A stretch of 64,000 nt of DNA from Candidatus Bathyarchaeota archaeon (GCA_963833575.1 CAWHXY010000004.1:1056001-1120000), one strand, 5' to 3'; numbered from the stretch's first letter, positions 1-10,381 are shown. Notes: generated by a model from the sequence alone, not told the origin. Program-made: numbers and translations.

Positions 1-390
1 GATAGCTGCGGCTTTTGCCCAGTCAGTTTCAAGTTTAATACAAATGGTCATCTTGAGAAGAATAATGCCGATTAAGGCGTAAATCAAGAGGTTAAAGTAA
101 AATGGGACATATGTGTAGATTGCCCATAAGCCAAGAAAAACGGGCACGGTAAACACGCAAATTACTGTCAACCCTAAGAGTATGCCTAAGAACTTTTCGA
201 TTTTGGGGTCTTTATTTTTGAAGTATGGCTCGATTTTTCCAGTGAAATTACCCATGAGAACAGTTGGGTGCAACTTGAAAACCCATTTGTCAGGATTATT
301 AGGTGAGGGATCGCCAAGAACCAAATCTAACAGTATAGCCAGAACCAGCACGACTATGGGCATCAATACGTTGGAGAGGTTTAGCACCAA
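1..390 (-). CDS. cbiB: Adenosylcobinamide-phosphate synthase CbiB (5' part; runs off window start)
   Basis: Not in ORF track. Manual translation from TTG at 390 gives MVLNLSNVLMPIVVLVLAILLDLVLGDPSPNNPDKWVFKLHPTVLMG..., with the CbiB N-terminal D-x3-GDP...HP motif; frame is open to position 1. Confidence 0.85.
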   Translation of the reverse strand, partial: MVLNLSNVLMPIVVLVLAILLDLVLGDPSPNNPDKWVFKLHPTVLMGNFTGKIEPYFKNKDPKIEKFLGILLGLTVICVFTVPVFLGLWAIYTYVPFYFNLLIYALIGIILLKMTICIKLETDWAKAAAI

Positions 391-522
391 GAGTTACCTA
401 AACATTGCTTTCGAAATACTTCCGGTAAACAGTTAATATCAATTACGGTTTACGGTACCCTGCAAGCTTCAAATTTTTATTTTTTGTTTAGAAGCCAATG
501 TATTAACCTGAACTAATTTTGT

Positions 523-559
523 GTTCCAGGTTTGGAACGTTTTGTTCCGCGTATAGAAC
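523..559. promoter_or_regulatory. Two tandem 16-bp GTTC-N8-GAAC palindromes (523-538, 544-559), candidate operators
   Basis: gttccaggtttggaac and gttccgcgtatagaac start 21 bp apart, in the divergent cbiB / beta-helix gene intergenic region. Confidence 0.4.
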
Positions 560-596
560 TAAAAGCTACCCTTAGCTATTGTTTGACAGTGAGCAG

Positions 597-1694
597 ATGC
601 GAAAGACTTTGGGTTTAATCCTCTTAATCTTGACAGCTGTCGGCATGGTTTGTGTTATGCCTGTTAAAGCGCAATCTACCCAAACAGTAACCATACATGC
701 AAACGGTGAAATTTCACCGCCAGATGTTGCCATACAGCGGTTTGGAGACATTTACACCTTAACCAGCAACTTAAACAGCCCTATAGTCATCGAGGCAAAT
801 AACATCATACTTGACGGGGCTGGTCATACCCTTCAGGGACCAAACATGAACCTGAACAGTATAGGCGTAAACCTTACTGCGACCAACGTAACCGTCCAAA
901 ACATACGGATAACTAGTTGGTGGGTGGGTTTTTTAGGCACTTGGAATAACAATACTGTATCTAGAAATGTTTTTATGAGCAATGACGAAGCCGTTGCCAT
1001 CTTTGGCGATGATTATGTTGTTAGCCAAAATAGCATATCCAACAGCAGCACCGCAGTATTTGTCGATGGCGGCTTTCGAGAGCAAGGTGACAATAACATC
1101 ATAACTCTAAACCAAATAGCGGGCAATACTCAAGCATTAGACATCACCAAAAGCAATGGCACAGTAGTCACAACAAACAACATCGCCGACAACAATGTAA
1201 TACTCGCGTACGGACAAACCACGGGCACCACAATCTTGTTCTTTAACAATTTCACAAACAACGTTCAGGCACTCACTGTTCCCGTTTTCTCTCCCACTTG
1301 GGAGGGCTTTGTCCCAATTTCGCCCGCTGGACAATGGGACAACGGCTCAGTCGGAAACTACTGGAGCGACTACACAGCAAAGTATCTGAACGCGTCAGAA
1401 ATAGGAAACACAAACATAGGCAACATACATTATGCAATCACTGACACCTTAGACTACCAAGAGCAATTCGACAATGGCACTGTCATAAACAAGGTTGCCT
1501 TATTAGGAACCGCTACCGACAACTATCCTCTGATGGGTCCTACATACGTACCAACCACGTTACTATCCACTATGCCAATTGCTTCACCAGTGATACCCGA
1601 GTTTCCGATGTTGGTGGTTCCAGCAATTTTGCTCTTAGGTGTATGTATCGTGGCTTTTCTTTCAGTCAGAACTAAGCTCTTGGGAAGTAGCTGA
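597..1694 (+). CDS. Secreted NosD-like right-handed beta-helix protein with PEF-CTERM-like anchor
   Basis: Signal peptide after ATG 597 (MRKTLGLILL...VKA), Asn-rich parallel beta-helix repeats, WDNGSVGNYWSDY and DNYPL motifs, C-terminal PEFP + TM helix + basic residues. Confidence 0.8.
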   Translation: MRKTLGLILLILTAVGMVCVMPVKAQSTQTVTIHANGEISPPDVAIQRFGDIYTLTSNLNSPIVIEANNIILDGAGHTLQGPNMNLNSIGVNLTATNVTVQNIRITSWWVGFLGTWNNNTVSRNVFMSNDEAVAIFGDDYVVSQNSISNSSTAVFVDGGFREQGDNNIITLNQIAGNTQALDITKSNGTVVTTNNIADNNVILAYGQTTGTTILFFNNFTNNVQALTVPVFSPTWEGFVPISPAGQWDNGSVGNYWSDYTAKYLNASEIGNTNIGNIHYAITDTLDYQEQFDNGTVINKVALLGTATDNYPLMGPTYVPTTLLSTMPIASPVIPEFPMLVVPAILLLGVCIVAFLSVRTKLLGSS

Positions 1695-1742
1695 TGTTAA
1701 AGCGTAAGGCAAAAAAAGTTTGCATTCGAAAGATGGGTTCTG

Positions 1743-3128
1743 CTACTTTCTCCGGAGTTTCAACTTTATGTCAGCGATGAGATTTGAGGTTACAATCAGC
1801 GGCGTATATGTTTTGAATCTTCTTCTCTTATCCCAGAAGTAGGCCCGTCGCAGATAGAAATGATGAAATGCTCCTTCTCGTAATTTTCCCAGGTCTTTCA
1901 TACTAAGCCACGGTGTCTCAAAGATTGGATGTGTGGTGTCGTACATGTCAAAGTCGGTGACTTTGAGCCATCCCTTCTCTTTCACTGTGTCATACATTGG
2001 TGTTCCAGGAAAAGGTGTTGCTACGTTATAGAAGCCCACTGCGTCAGGAGATATTTTTTCCACGAATTTTATGGTTTTCCATGCGCTTTCCTTTGTTTCT
2101 CCTGGGAAACCGAGAATGACGTTTGGAATAGGCTGCATGCCGAGTTCTCTTACCCACCCGAGAACTTTTATTGTTAATTCAGGCGAAATGCCTTTTTTCA
2201 TGGCATCTAAAACTTGCTGTGTTCCAGACTCGACTCCGAACCACACGGTGATGCATCCAGCATCCTTCATCTTAACTAGAAGTTCTCTTGTTATCATGTC
2301 AACACGTGTGCCACAGTTCCATTGAATTTTTAATCCGCGACTGAGAATTTCGTTGCATAATACCTCAGTTCTTTGCTGGTCTACTGTAAAAGCATCATCG
2401 CAAAAAGTAAATTTGCTGATGCCGTAAGTTTTGTATAAAAACTCTAATTCATCCACTACGTTTTTTGGGCTTCTCATGCGGTACTTGCGCCCATGTATTC
2501 TAACTGTTGAGCAAAATTCACACCAATACACACATCCTCTACTTGTCGCTAAGTAAAGTATATCCTCGTATTCGCGGAACCGCTCCATAGGCCAAAGGTG
2601 ACGTGCGGGAAATGGAAGAGAATCCAAGTCTTCTATGTATGGTCTATCTGAATTCCTAACGATTTTGCCGTCTTTTCTGCAGGTTGTCCCAACAACATCT
2701 TGGTAGCTTTCTCCGGCTGCTATTCTCTGAACCACTTCCAAAAGTGTGTTTTCTCCTTCTTTCCGAACAACAATGTCTAATTCTGGGCATTCCTCAAGCG
2801 CCTTATCGTCCCAAAAGGTAACATGAGCACCACCTACCACTGTTACGCAGTTCGGGCAAACCTCTTTTGCAATCTTCACCAGCTTAAGTGCAGCTTGATA
2901 CGTAAGGGTAGAAGATGTTACCCCGATAATGTCTGGTTGACGCTTGCCAATCTCTTTTCTAAAATCTTCCAAAGAAAGTTTCAGCACTTGACAATCGATA
3001 ACGTCAACTTGGTATTGATTTTTTTCCAAAACCGCAGCTAAATATCCTAAACCTAACAAAGCAAAAGGCATGTGCATTGCGGCGCCAACAGGAGCGGCTG
3101 GGTTAACTAAGGTCACATGAGGTTTCAT
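1743..3128 (-). CDS. B12-binding (class B) radical SAM enzyme, paralog type A
   Basis: N-terminal cobalamin-binding domain (LGLGYLAAVL...VVGGAHVT), SRGCVYWCEFC CxxxCxxC motif, FGVESG, GFPGET. Confidence 0.9.
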   Translation of the reverse strand: MKPHVTLVNPAAPVGAAMHMPFALLGLGYLAAVLEKNQYQVDVIDCQVLKLSLEDFRKEIGKRQPDIIGVTSSTLTYQAALKLVKIAKEVCPNCVTVVGGAHVTFWDDKALEECPELDIVVRKEGENTLLEVVQRIAAGESYQDVVGTTCRKDGKIVRNSDRPYIEDLDSLPFPARHLWPMERFREYEDILYLATSRGCVYWCEFCSTVRIHGRKYRMRSPKNVVDELEFLYKTYGISKFTFCDDAFTVDQQRTEVLCNEILSRGLKIQWNCGTRVDMITRELLVKMKDAGCITVWFGVESGTQQVLDAMKKGISPELTIKVLGWVRELGMQPIPNVILGFPGETKESAWKTIKFVEKISPDAVGFYNVATPFPGTPMYDTVKEKGWLKVTDFDMYDTTHPIFETPWLSMKDLGKLREGAFHHFYLRRAYFWDKRRRFKTYTPLIVTSNLIADIKLKLRRK

Positions 3129-3234
3129 TTCTACTTCACTATTTATCCCTCAAAGGTAGATTCTTTGTCCTTAAACATTTCGTATTTTTAACCAAAAATA
3201 GTCAAGGTCAAAAAAATGCTAAAACTTTATCTGT

Positions 3235-4287
3235 TTATGCGTTTTCTGTTTTCTTTTCTGGTTCACTAGGCCAATATTTTGGCTTCATATATTCGCTTTC
3301 AAGCAGAGAAGGAAATAGGTTTAGAGGCCAAGAAGGAGCCATGGGTGTTACATAAGTCTCTGTAGCTTCTATGCCCTTGATTCTTCTAATTTTTTCGTTT
3401 ACTTCAAAGAGCTTTTCAAAATTTTCTAGTGCAATTGCACAGTACACGTCATACGTGTCTATGAGCCTTATTATTACAATTAGATTTGGAATTTGAAGCA
3501 ATTGAGAATATATCTCTGGCATTTTGCTTCTATTTGAGACTTTCAAATATACCGCTCCTAGAGCTGTATATCCGAGCTTAGTAAGGTTAAGACTTATTGT
3601 AGAGAGGGTTAACAAGTTTTCTCGAAGTTTTTTGTATCTCTGAATTACCGCTTTTGTCGACATGTCTAATTGTTCAGCTATTGATTTAAATGGAATTCGG
3701 GAATTATCTGAAAGAATTTTCGCGATTTTTCTATCTGTTTGATCAATATCTAGTGAAGGTTGATCTAGATCAGTTAAAGTAGATTTGCGGTCAACGAATT
3801 GGCTATTTTCTTGAAATTCTGGTTTGATAGTTAAGTTTTGAGGAAACTCTATATTTACTGCCTCTGCCCAGATCAAGGCATCAACATGTTTGATTTTGTG
3901 GTTTGATTCCAAATCGGCAATTATCTCGTGGAGTTTGTTGAGATCACGCAAAACTACTTTTCCCAAAAAATTATATTTACCTAATGGACCCGCAAGCTCC
4001 GAAACATACTGCTTGGTTTCAAGAAATTTTGCAACTTCTTTTTCATCTTCTACTGCGGTTGTAATACCTAAATCTATAACGTGGCGATACCCCAAACAGT
4101 GAGGGTTCACAAGCATTTTCTCGCCATTAATAACGCCCTCTCTCCACAAACGTTTGTAGCGCATTCTAACGGCAGTTACAGTAATTTTACATTCTTTCGC
4201 AATATTTGTAAAACTTGTTCGAGACTCCGCTAATAAAATCTTTAGAATTTTCGCATCAATCTTGTCTATTTTGATTCGACTTGCCAA
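3235..4287 (-). CDS. Tandem (double) Lrp/AsnC family transcriptional regulator
   Basis: Two HTH-AsnC units (IDKIDAKILKILLAESRTSFTNIAKEC; IDQTDRKIAKILSDNSRIPFKSIAEQL), each followed by a RAM-like domain. Confidence 0.85.
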   Translation of the reverse strand: MASRIKIDKIDAKILKILLAESRTSFTNIAKECKITVTAVRMRYKRLWREGVINGEKMLVNPHCLGYRHVIDLGITTAVEDEKEVAKFLETKQYVSELAGPLGKYNFLGKVVLRDLNKLHEIIADLESNHKIKHVDALIWAEAVNIEFPQNLTIKPEFQENSQFVDRKSTLTDLDQPSLDIDQTDRKIAKILSDNSRIPFKSIAEQLDMSTKAVIQRYKKLRENLLTLSTISLNLTKLGYTALGAVYLKVSNRSKMPEIYSQLLQIPNLIVIIRLIDTYDVYCAIALENFEKLFEVNEKIRRIKGIEATETYVTPMAPSWPLNLFPSLLESEYMKPKYWPSEPEKKTENA

Positions 4288-4337
4288 TCCTCTTACCCTG
4301 AAAACCCATTACATCTTCTCAGCCAATCACTGTAACC

Positions 4338-4700
4338 TTTTATATAAAATTTCTTATAAATTACTTCAAAAAGTTCCAACTAGATAGAACCCATAGATAA
4401 AACCTAATTTGATTTTGGTAAATTCTACTTGAATATATTCAAAAAAGTCATGTTGGCAAAAAAATTATAATATCAAATCTCTCTTCACTTAATCCGCAAA
4501 CAAAATAGCTGCTCAACATAGCTATTTTCATAATGCTGCCGAAAGTTTTCACTTGAATGCAAAATCCGGTTCCAATAATTCACGCCGAAGATATGTCGAG
4601 CTCATTGTTTTCAGCTTCAACCTTTACCTGAAAAACATTCATTCCTGCATAACTGCGTCTTAAGTTTCTTTTTATAGGTTTTTTAGTGTAAACTTAAGTT
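4338..4700. promoter_or_regulatory. Palindrome-rich divergent promoter region between Lrp regulator and surface protein
   Basis: Perfect palindromes ttttatataaaa (4338-4349), ttgaatatattcaa (4429-4442) and aacttaagtt (4691-4700); inverted repeat aaaatagct/agctatttt (4502-4510/4520-4528). Confidence 0.35.
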
Positions 4701-4824
4701 AAAAGGACATCAAAAAAATGCTTTTTTGAATCGAAATCAAACGTTTTTTGCGAGTTGGGCATAGCTTTAAATATAAATTTGGATTTGTTTATGATTACAA
4801 ACCTTAAAGGAGAAGAAAAAATAA

Positions 4825-7554
4825 ATGCAATTTAGTAAAAATAGAACATTAGCTATTGCTATATCAGTACTTTTAATAATTTCAATGACAGCTTCACTTG
4901 CACTAGTTCCATCTGCAAGCGCACACGTACCGGCTTGGCAAATTCCAACATTTGCATACATTAACGCTGCCCCTAGTCCTGTAGGCGTTGGTCAAAATGT
5001 GGTTGTTATCATGTGGTTGACTAACCTGTTTTCCCCCGCATCTGGCATTGGAAACGATTACAGATTCCACAACTACAAACTTACCATTACAGCCCCTGAC
5101 GGAACAGTAACAACACAAAGCTATGGTATAGTCGCTGACTCAACATCTGCACAAGACTATTCTTTTGCACCAAGCCAAGTTGGCACATACAATTTGACAT
5201 TCACTTTCCCAGGACAAGACTTCAACACATATAGCCATGATACTACTATTCCAGCATTTTTCGGTCCAGCTTCACCTGAAACCCTAATCAACGACACTTA
5301 TCTGCCCAGTAGTGCATCAACAACCCTCACGGTACAGCAACAAGCAATACCATTCACAGCCACCTATCCACTTCCAACTGAATACTGGACACGCCCAATA
5401 TACGGTGAAAACCCAGGCTGGTGGACAATCTCATCAAACTGGCTAGGTTCAGGTTCACCTGTTGAAGCTTCAGCAGGCTCTTGGGCCATCGGTGCGTACG
5501 GTGCAAACAGTGGGTTCGCTGGTGCAGCAATGAATAGAAACCCTGGCGATGCAATAGGTTCGCAAACAAGTCACGTTATGTGGACAAAGCCTCTTCAAGC
5601 CGGCGGAATCGTTGGAGGAAACAACTTTGCTATTGTTGGAGACAGTTACTTTGAAGGGTCTGCATACGTACAAAGATACGACAACCCGATAATAATGGAC
5701 GGAATACTCTACTACCAAGCCCCACTCGGATACTCTAGCGGACAAGGAGGAGGAACTTACGCTGTAGATCTACAAACCGGCAAAGTACTTTGGCAAAACA
5801 ATGCAATACCCACTGGAGCACTATCATTCGGTTACATATATGACTCGCAACAACCCAACCAAAAAGGCGTAATGCAGCCGATTCTATTCACAAGCAGCTT
5901 TGCCCAAGCCTACGACGCTTACACAGGACAGTACCTGTTCAACGTTACTAACGTTCCAAGTGGTGTTCCAATAAGCATGGGTCCAAACGGTGAAACCGTG
6001 ATGTATACTGTTTCAAACGGCTATTTAGCTGAGTGGAACTCTTCAGGCTTATGGAATTGGAACATACAAGTTGGTGGAGGAGTACCAGCAGCTGCATTAA
6101 CTAACTTCCAAGTTACATCAGTAGGCTTTACCGGTCCAACAACAACCAGCTATACCAATACAGTCAACGGAGGCGCATCTCAATGCTACGATTGGAACGT
6201 TTCATTACCCACAACTTTACCCAGTTCTTTCCAGCAGGTCGCAGCGTTCTACGGCAACATGATACTCTGTGAAAGCGGCACACTATCTGGAGTCAGCATT
6301 GGCTTGCTAAGCGGCGGAGTAAGCAGCAGTTGGGCACCATACACATACTTTGCTCTCAACGTCAACGCTAGCAGAGGTGCATTAGGTTCGGTAATGTGGA
6401 CAAATACAGTTCCAGCAGCACCAGGCAACGTAACCGTCTTATTGGGTCCAGCTGATCCAACCTCAGGCGTCTTCACAGAAGGATACAAAGAAACCATGCA
6501 ATGGGTAGGATATAACCTATACACGGGAGCCAAACTCTGGGGTCCAACACCATCTCAAGCACCCCTTGACTACTACGGCAACCCAATTACACCACTAATC
6601 CAAGCTCAACTTGCTTACGGCAACCTTTACAGCATGGGCTATGCAGGAATACTCTATTGCTATGATGCAAAAACTGGCGCTCTAAAATGGACATATGGCA
6701 ACGGCGTAGCAGGCAACAGCACTAACGCAGGTCTCAACTCACCATTCGGTGATTACCCAAGCTTCATAAACGCCGTTGGCAACGGAATAATATACACAGT
6801 AGCCTCTGAACACACAGTCAACACACCAATATACAAAGGCGCATTACAGCGAGCTATCAATGCAACCGACGGATCAGAAATCTGGACAATCTCAGGTTAC
6901 ACTGGCGAGTTTTCAGCTATGAGCTATGCTATGGCAGACGGATACAACACCTGGTTTAACGGCTATGACAACCAAATCTACGTCGTAGGCCGAGGACCAA
7001 GCAGCTTAACAGTAACAGCGCCAAACAACGCAGCCGATTCAGGATCACCAGTAGTAATACGCGGCACAGTCATGGACGTATCTGCAGGAACAACACAAAC
7101 ACAGCAAGCAGGTCAATTTCCAAACGGTGTTCCAGTTGCTTCTGATGCTAGTATGAAGGATTGGATGGGTTATGTTTACCAACAGAAGCCACTTCCAACC
7201 AGCTTTACTGGTGTTCAGGTAACTGTGGACGTTTTGGACTCTAATGGCAACTACCGAAACATAGGAACTGCAACCACTGATGCCACTGGCATGTATAGTC
7301 TCGCATGGACACCTAACATCTCAGGCAACTACACAGTCGTCGCAACATTCCACGGCACTAACGCTTACTATCCATCATACTCAGAAACCACCTTTGCAGT
7401 CGCAGAACCGCACGCAACAACTGCCCCATCAAATGCAACCCCAGCCCCATCAGCCGCTGACCTATACTTTGTACCAGCAATAGCCGGATTGTTCGTTTTG
7501 ATCATCATTGTTGCCATAGTATTAGCAATGTTGATGCTTAGAAAACGACCATAA
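4825..7554 (+). CDS. Large secreted, C-terminally anchored PQQ-like beta-propeller cell-surface protein
   Basis: Signal peptide, repeated AVDLQTGKVLW / YNLYTGAKLW / YDAKTGALKW / INATDGSEIW propeller motifs, Ig-like ends, C-terminal TM + RKRP. Confidence 0.8.
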   Translation: MQFSKNRTLAIAISVLLIISMTASLALVPSASAHVPAWQIPTFAYINAAPSPVGVGQNVVVIMWLTNLFSPASGIGNDYRFHNYKLTITAPDGTVTTQSYGIVADSTSAQDYSFAPSQVGTYNLTFTFPGQDFNTYSHDTTIPAFFGPASPETLINDTYLPSSASTTLTVQQQAIPFTATYPLPTEYWTRPIYGENPGWWTISSNWLGSGSPVEASAGSWAIGAYGANSGFAGAAMNRNPGDAIGSQTSHVMWTKPLQAGGIVGGNNFAIVGDSYFEGSAYVQRYDNPIIMDGILYYQAPLGYSSGQGGGTYAVDLQTGKVLWQNNAIPTGALSFGYIYDSQQPNQKGVMQPILFTSSFAQAYDAYTGQYLFNVTNVPSGVPISMGPNGETVMYTVSNGYLAEWNSSGLWNWNIQVGGGVPAAALTNFQVTSVGFTGPTTTSYTNTVNGGASQCYDWNVSLPTTLPSSFQQVAAFYGNMILCESGTLSGVSIGLLSGGVSSSWAPYTYFALNVNASRGALGSVMWTNTVPAAPGNVTVLLGPADPTSGVFTEGYKETMQWVGYNLYTGAKLWGPTPSQAPLDYYGNPITPLIQAQLAYGNLYSMGYAGILYCYDAKTGALKWTYGNGVAGNSTNAGLNSPFGDYPSFINAVGNGIIYTVASEHTVNTPIYKGALQRAINATDGSEIWTISGYTGEFSAMSYAMADGYNTWFNGYDNQIYVVGRGPSSLTVTAPNNAADSGSPVVIRGTVMDVSAGTTQTQQAGQFPNGVPVASDASMKDWMGYVYQQKPLPTSFTGVQVTVDVLDSNGNYRNIGTATTDATGMYSLAWTPNISGNYTVVATFHGTNAYYPSYSETTFAVAEPHATTAPSNATPAPSAADLYFVPAIAGLFVLIIIVAIVLAMLMLRKRP

Positions 7555-7562
7555 ACAAAACA

Positions 7563-7592
7563 AGGGAAAAAATTCCCCTCTTTATTTTTTTG
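7563..7592 (+). terminator. Short hairpin plus T-tract after the PQQ-propeller gene
   Basis: gggaa-aaaa-ttccc followed by tttattttttt, just after the stop at 7554. Confidence 0.5.
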
Positions 7593-7690
7593 TTAATTTT
7601 TGAGAATTAGTTTTTCTTCAAATTGTTTAAATGTCAAAAACTCTACTTATGGGCAATGCTAAATCTTGAGAAAGAGGCGTAAAAAATCAG

Positions 7691-8506
7691 TTGCCCAAAG
7701 ACGAAACCCTTAAAGAACAAATCCATCAAGCAAACGTTAACGTACATAGACTTGAAGCGCAATACTACGAACGACTACATCCCGAAGTATACGCTAGACA
7801 AGAACAAAAAAGAATAACCGAAAAACTTACTATGTTGGATAAACTTGTCATTGATAATCATAAAAACGCTCTTGACATAGGAGCGGGCAGCGGCAACTTA
7901 ACAAACAAACTTTTGCAAATGGGCTATAATGTTACAGCCGTAGATATCTCAGCAGAAATGTGTGTTATTTTACGAAAAAAATATGAAGTTTACATAAGAA
8001 GTGGCAAGTTGAATGTTATAAATTCGCCAATAGAGGACTTATTTTTTGGTTTCGGCAAATTCGATTTAATAACATGTTACTCGGTGCTTCATCACTTGCC
8101 TGATTACATCGCAGCACTACAAAGTCTCTTGGTCTTTCTGAAAAAAGGCGGTGTAATCTACATTGATCATGAAGCATCCCCATTCTACTGGAGAAATGAA
8201 CCAAGCATGTTAGCCACCATTGTCAAAGGTATCTATTTCCATTCAAACCCCATACTTAACAGTCTATACTTTCAAATCATAGGCTTAAAAGTTCCATCCA
8301 TTGATTATTCAATGTCGGATTACTGGCATAAAAAAGAACATGCCTTAGACCACAAAAAAGTAGAGCAATTATTCAAAAAAGAAAACTATGCATATTCGAA
8401 GCGTGTGGACTATTATCAAAACAGCACGTGGATTCCAAACCCTCTGTCTATAATTTACCGTATGCTTTGTAGACCTGAAATGAGTTTTTGGACAGCTAAA
8501 AAATAA
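7691..8506 (+). CDS. Class I SAM-dependent methyltransferase
   Basis: Motif I ALDIGAGSG, AVDISAEM, FDLITCYSVLHH, LKKGG. Confidence 0.85.
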   Translation: MPKDETLKEQIHQANVNVHRLEAQYYERLHPEVYARQEQKRITEKLTMLDKLVIDNHKNALDIGAGSGNLTNKLLQMGYNVTAVDISAEMCVILRKKYEVYIRSGKLNVINSPIEDLFFGFGKFDLITCYSVLHHLPDYIAALQSLLVFLKKGGVIYIDHEASPFYWRNEPSMLATIVKGIYFHSNPILNSLYFQIIGLKVPSIDYSMSDYWHKKEHALDHKKVEQLFKKENYAYSKRVDYYQNSTWIPNPLSIIYRMLCRPEMSFWTAKK

Positions 8507-9883
8507 TTAAGCAATTCCTACACGTTTTGGAGCTTGGGGATTTAGTCTTCTTTTGGCAAAGTTCAAAGCGCCTTCCCGCTTGATTCTTTTTATTATCTGC
8601 TTTGGTGACATATTGAAATCTTTGAAAAATCTTCTCTGAATCGCCAAAAGCGAGTTATAGTCAAATTCTTCGGTTTTAACGCTCAGCAAAAACTCGTCAA
8701 GCTGATCATAATTTTTTGACTCCAAAACTTCTTGGTACAGCTTACTGTCTGGATTAGCGATAAAAACGTTAAACAAACACCAGTCAGGATTTAATTTCTT
8801 AGCAAATTTCAACGAGGCTTCCATGTCATTTAGCGTTTCATCTGGAACGCCTAGCATAAATGAGCAGGCAGTTTGTATTTTGTTTTTTCGGCAAAGTTTG
8901 AACGCGTTTTCTATCTGTTCAAGCGTTGTGTTTCTACCGATTCGCTTCAAAATTCTCTGCGAACCAGACTCTACTCCGAACCAAATGGTTTTGCATCCTG
9001 CTTGGCTCATTTTTTCTAAAAGTTCTTGATTAACTAAATCAACGCGTGTGTCACAGACCCATTCTAGATCCATTTTGTTTTTTATCATGAGATTGCATAG
9101 TTCAAGGGTTTGGTTTTTTCTAAGAGTAAAATTATCGTTGATAAAGTAAATTCCTTTTGTCCCGTACTTGTTCTGTAAATCTTGGATTTCATCGACAACT
9201 CTCTGCGGACTGAAGGTGCGGCAGATGTTTCCCCAAAGTTTTTTTGTTTCGCAGAAACCGCAGTTATACACGCATCCGCGTGAAATGCTCATTACGTCAG
9301 CTGGTTTAACATTCAAGTATTCTATGGTTCTATCGTAGAGTTCGAGGGGCAATAGGTGTCTTGCTGGAAAGGGGATTTCATCCATGTTTTCGATAAATTT
9401 CGGTGGATTTTTAATGTTTGTTCCTTGGCGTCTGCATGCAACTCCTGCTATCGACTTTGCGGCGGGTTCATTACCGTTTATGATGCATGTAGCAAGTTCT
9501 GTTATTGCTCTCTCGCCTTCACCCATAACAACATAATCAATTTCTGGATTTGCCATCAAGCTATCAGGAACATAGGAAGCATGCCATCCGCCAACAACTA
9601 TTTTGCAGCCAAGTAAGACTTCTTTGATTGCTTTAGCCGTCTCTATACAACGTGCATAAGTGGCTGAACCACACGTAATGCCGACAATTTGCGGATTAAG
9701 ATTGATAACAAGTTGCTTAATTTCTTCAATTGGTTTTTTCATAAGGTAGTTGTCGAGCATTTGAACCTCAAAACCTGCTTTTTCAAGTGCCGCGGCAACA
9801 TACATTAATCCTATTGGAGGCAACCGTTTGCCAAGGTACCACGCGCCATTTTCTGGCGGCGCAGTGGTCATTAACAGAATCAA
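8507..9883 (-). CDS. B12-binding radical SAM enzyme, paralog type B
   Basis: PPIGLMYVAAAL, VVGGWHAS, SRGCVYNCGFC, FGVESGS. Confidence 0.9.
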   Translation of the reverse strand: MILLMTTAPPENGAWYLGKRLPPIGLMYVAAALEKAGFEVQMLDNYLMKKPIEEIKQLVINLNPQIVGITCGSATYARCIETAKAIKEVLLGCKIVVGGWHASYVPDSLMANPEIDYVVMGEGERAITELATCIINGNEPAAKSIAGVACRRQGTNIKNPPKFIENMDEIPFPARHLLPLELYDRTIEYLNVKPADVMSISRGCVYNCGFCETKKLWGNICRTFSPQRVVDEIQDLQNKYGTKGIYFINDNFTLRKNQTLELCNLMIKNKMDLEWVCDTRVDLVNQELLEKMSQAGCKTIWFGVESGSQRILKRIGRNTTLEQIENAFKLCRKNKIQTACSFMLGVPDETLNDMEASLKFAKKLNPDWCLFNVFIANPDSKLYQEVLESKNYDQLDEFLLSVKTEEFDYNSLLAIQRRFFKDFNMSPKQIIKRIKREGALNFAKRRLNPQAPKRVGIA

Positions 9884-9970
9884 ATCTGATTCTCCTGTTT
9901 ACACATATACTTTCGCAGGTAACTTGGCATGATTTTCTCTCTGAATATTTGTTAATTTGATTATACGCGC

Positions 9971-9989
9971 GTTTATAGCTTTAACTGAA
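9971..9989 (-). promoter_or_regulatory. Promoter-like element (TTCAGTTAAAGCTATAAAC on - strand) shared with 15700-15718
   Basis: 18/19 identical to 15700-15718; BRE/TATA-like; ~90 nt upstream of the 9883 start. Confidence 0.55.
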
Positions 9990-10042
9990 TGGGTCCATCC
10001 AACTAGTTCGTATGTGATTTTGCAGTTTTGACACTGCCTGTA

Positions 10043-10173
10043 GCACCGGGTGTTGTTCTTCTAAGGCTTTGGTAGAAGGAGGAGGACAATCACAGGGTGC
10101 ACCGCGCCTCCTTCTTCTCTGGATTTGTTGAAAGAAGAAGAAGAAACTTTGCGGGGCACACTTCTTCTTCTAC
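10043..10173. repeat. Copy 1 of a duplicated tandem-hairpin element (candidate structured ncRNA / degenerate precursor-peptide gene)
   Basis: Shares identical 20-nt (10043-10062 = 14255-14274), 30-nt (10122-10151 = 14327-14356) and 15-nt (10159-10173 = 14365-14379) blocks with copy 2; stems at 10074-10085/10107-10118 and 10133-10143/10161-10171. Confidence 0.85.
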
Positions 10174-10381
10174 TTGTTCGAGTTGAATGATGATCTGCCC
10201 TCTAGCATTTCTGTAAATGTAAATTTAAACGTCAAAAAATTGGCTTTGGTTTTGAGTTTCACGGTGTAAACTTTATTTTGGTTATAAGTTCTCATTTTAA
10301 AAGACGTTTGAGCAAGCGCCAGTTTAAAGAAAAGATTTATAGCCTTTACGTATGCTGTTCCAGATTGAAGAGGGGTTAAAG

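Noticed and set aside
182-436. Track ORF 182-436 (+) and the many other short ORFs antisense to or nested in long genes
   Set aside because: Shadow frames of well-supported genes (here cbiB on the - strand)
10043-10173. Cobalamin riboswitch or H/ACA guide RNA
   Set aside because: No recognisable B12-box/GCCACTG core, and no consistent K-turn, pseudouridylation pocket or ACA boxes seen by eye; cmscan is needed to exclude these formally
9981-10208. Stop-codon readthrough (TAG after MLEGRSSFNSNK, or TGA after ...RCTL) giving a Pyl- or Sec-containing peptide in copy 1
   Set aside because: No pyl/sel genes or insertion elements are visible, and the frames do not match copy 2 without indels
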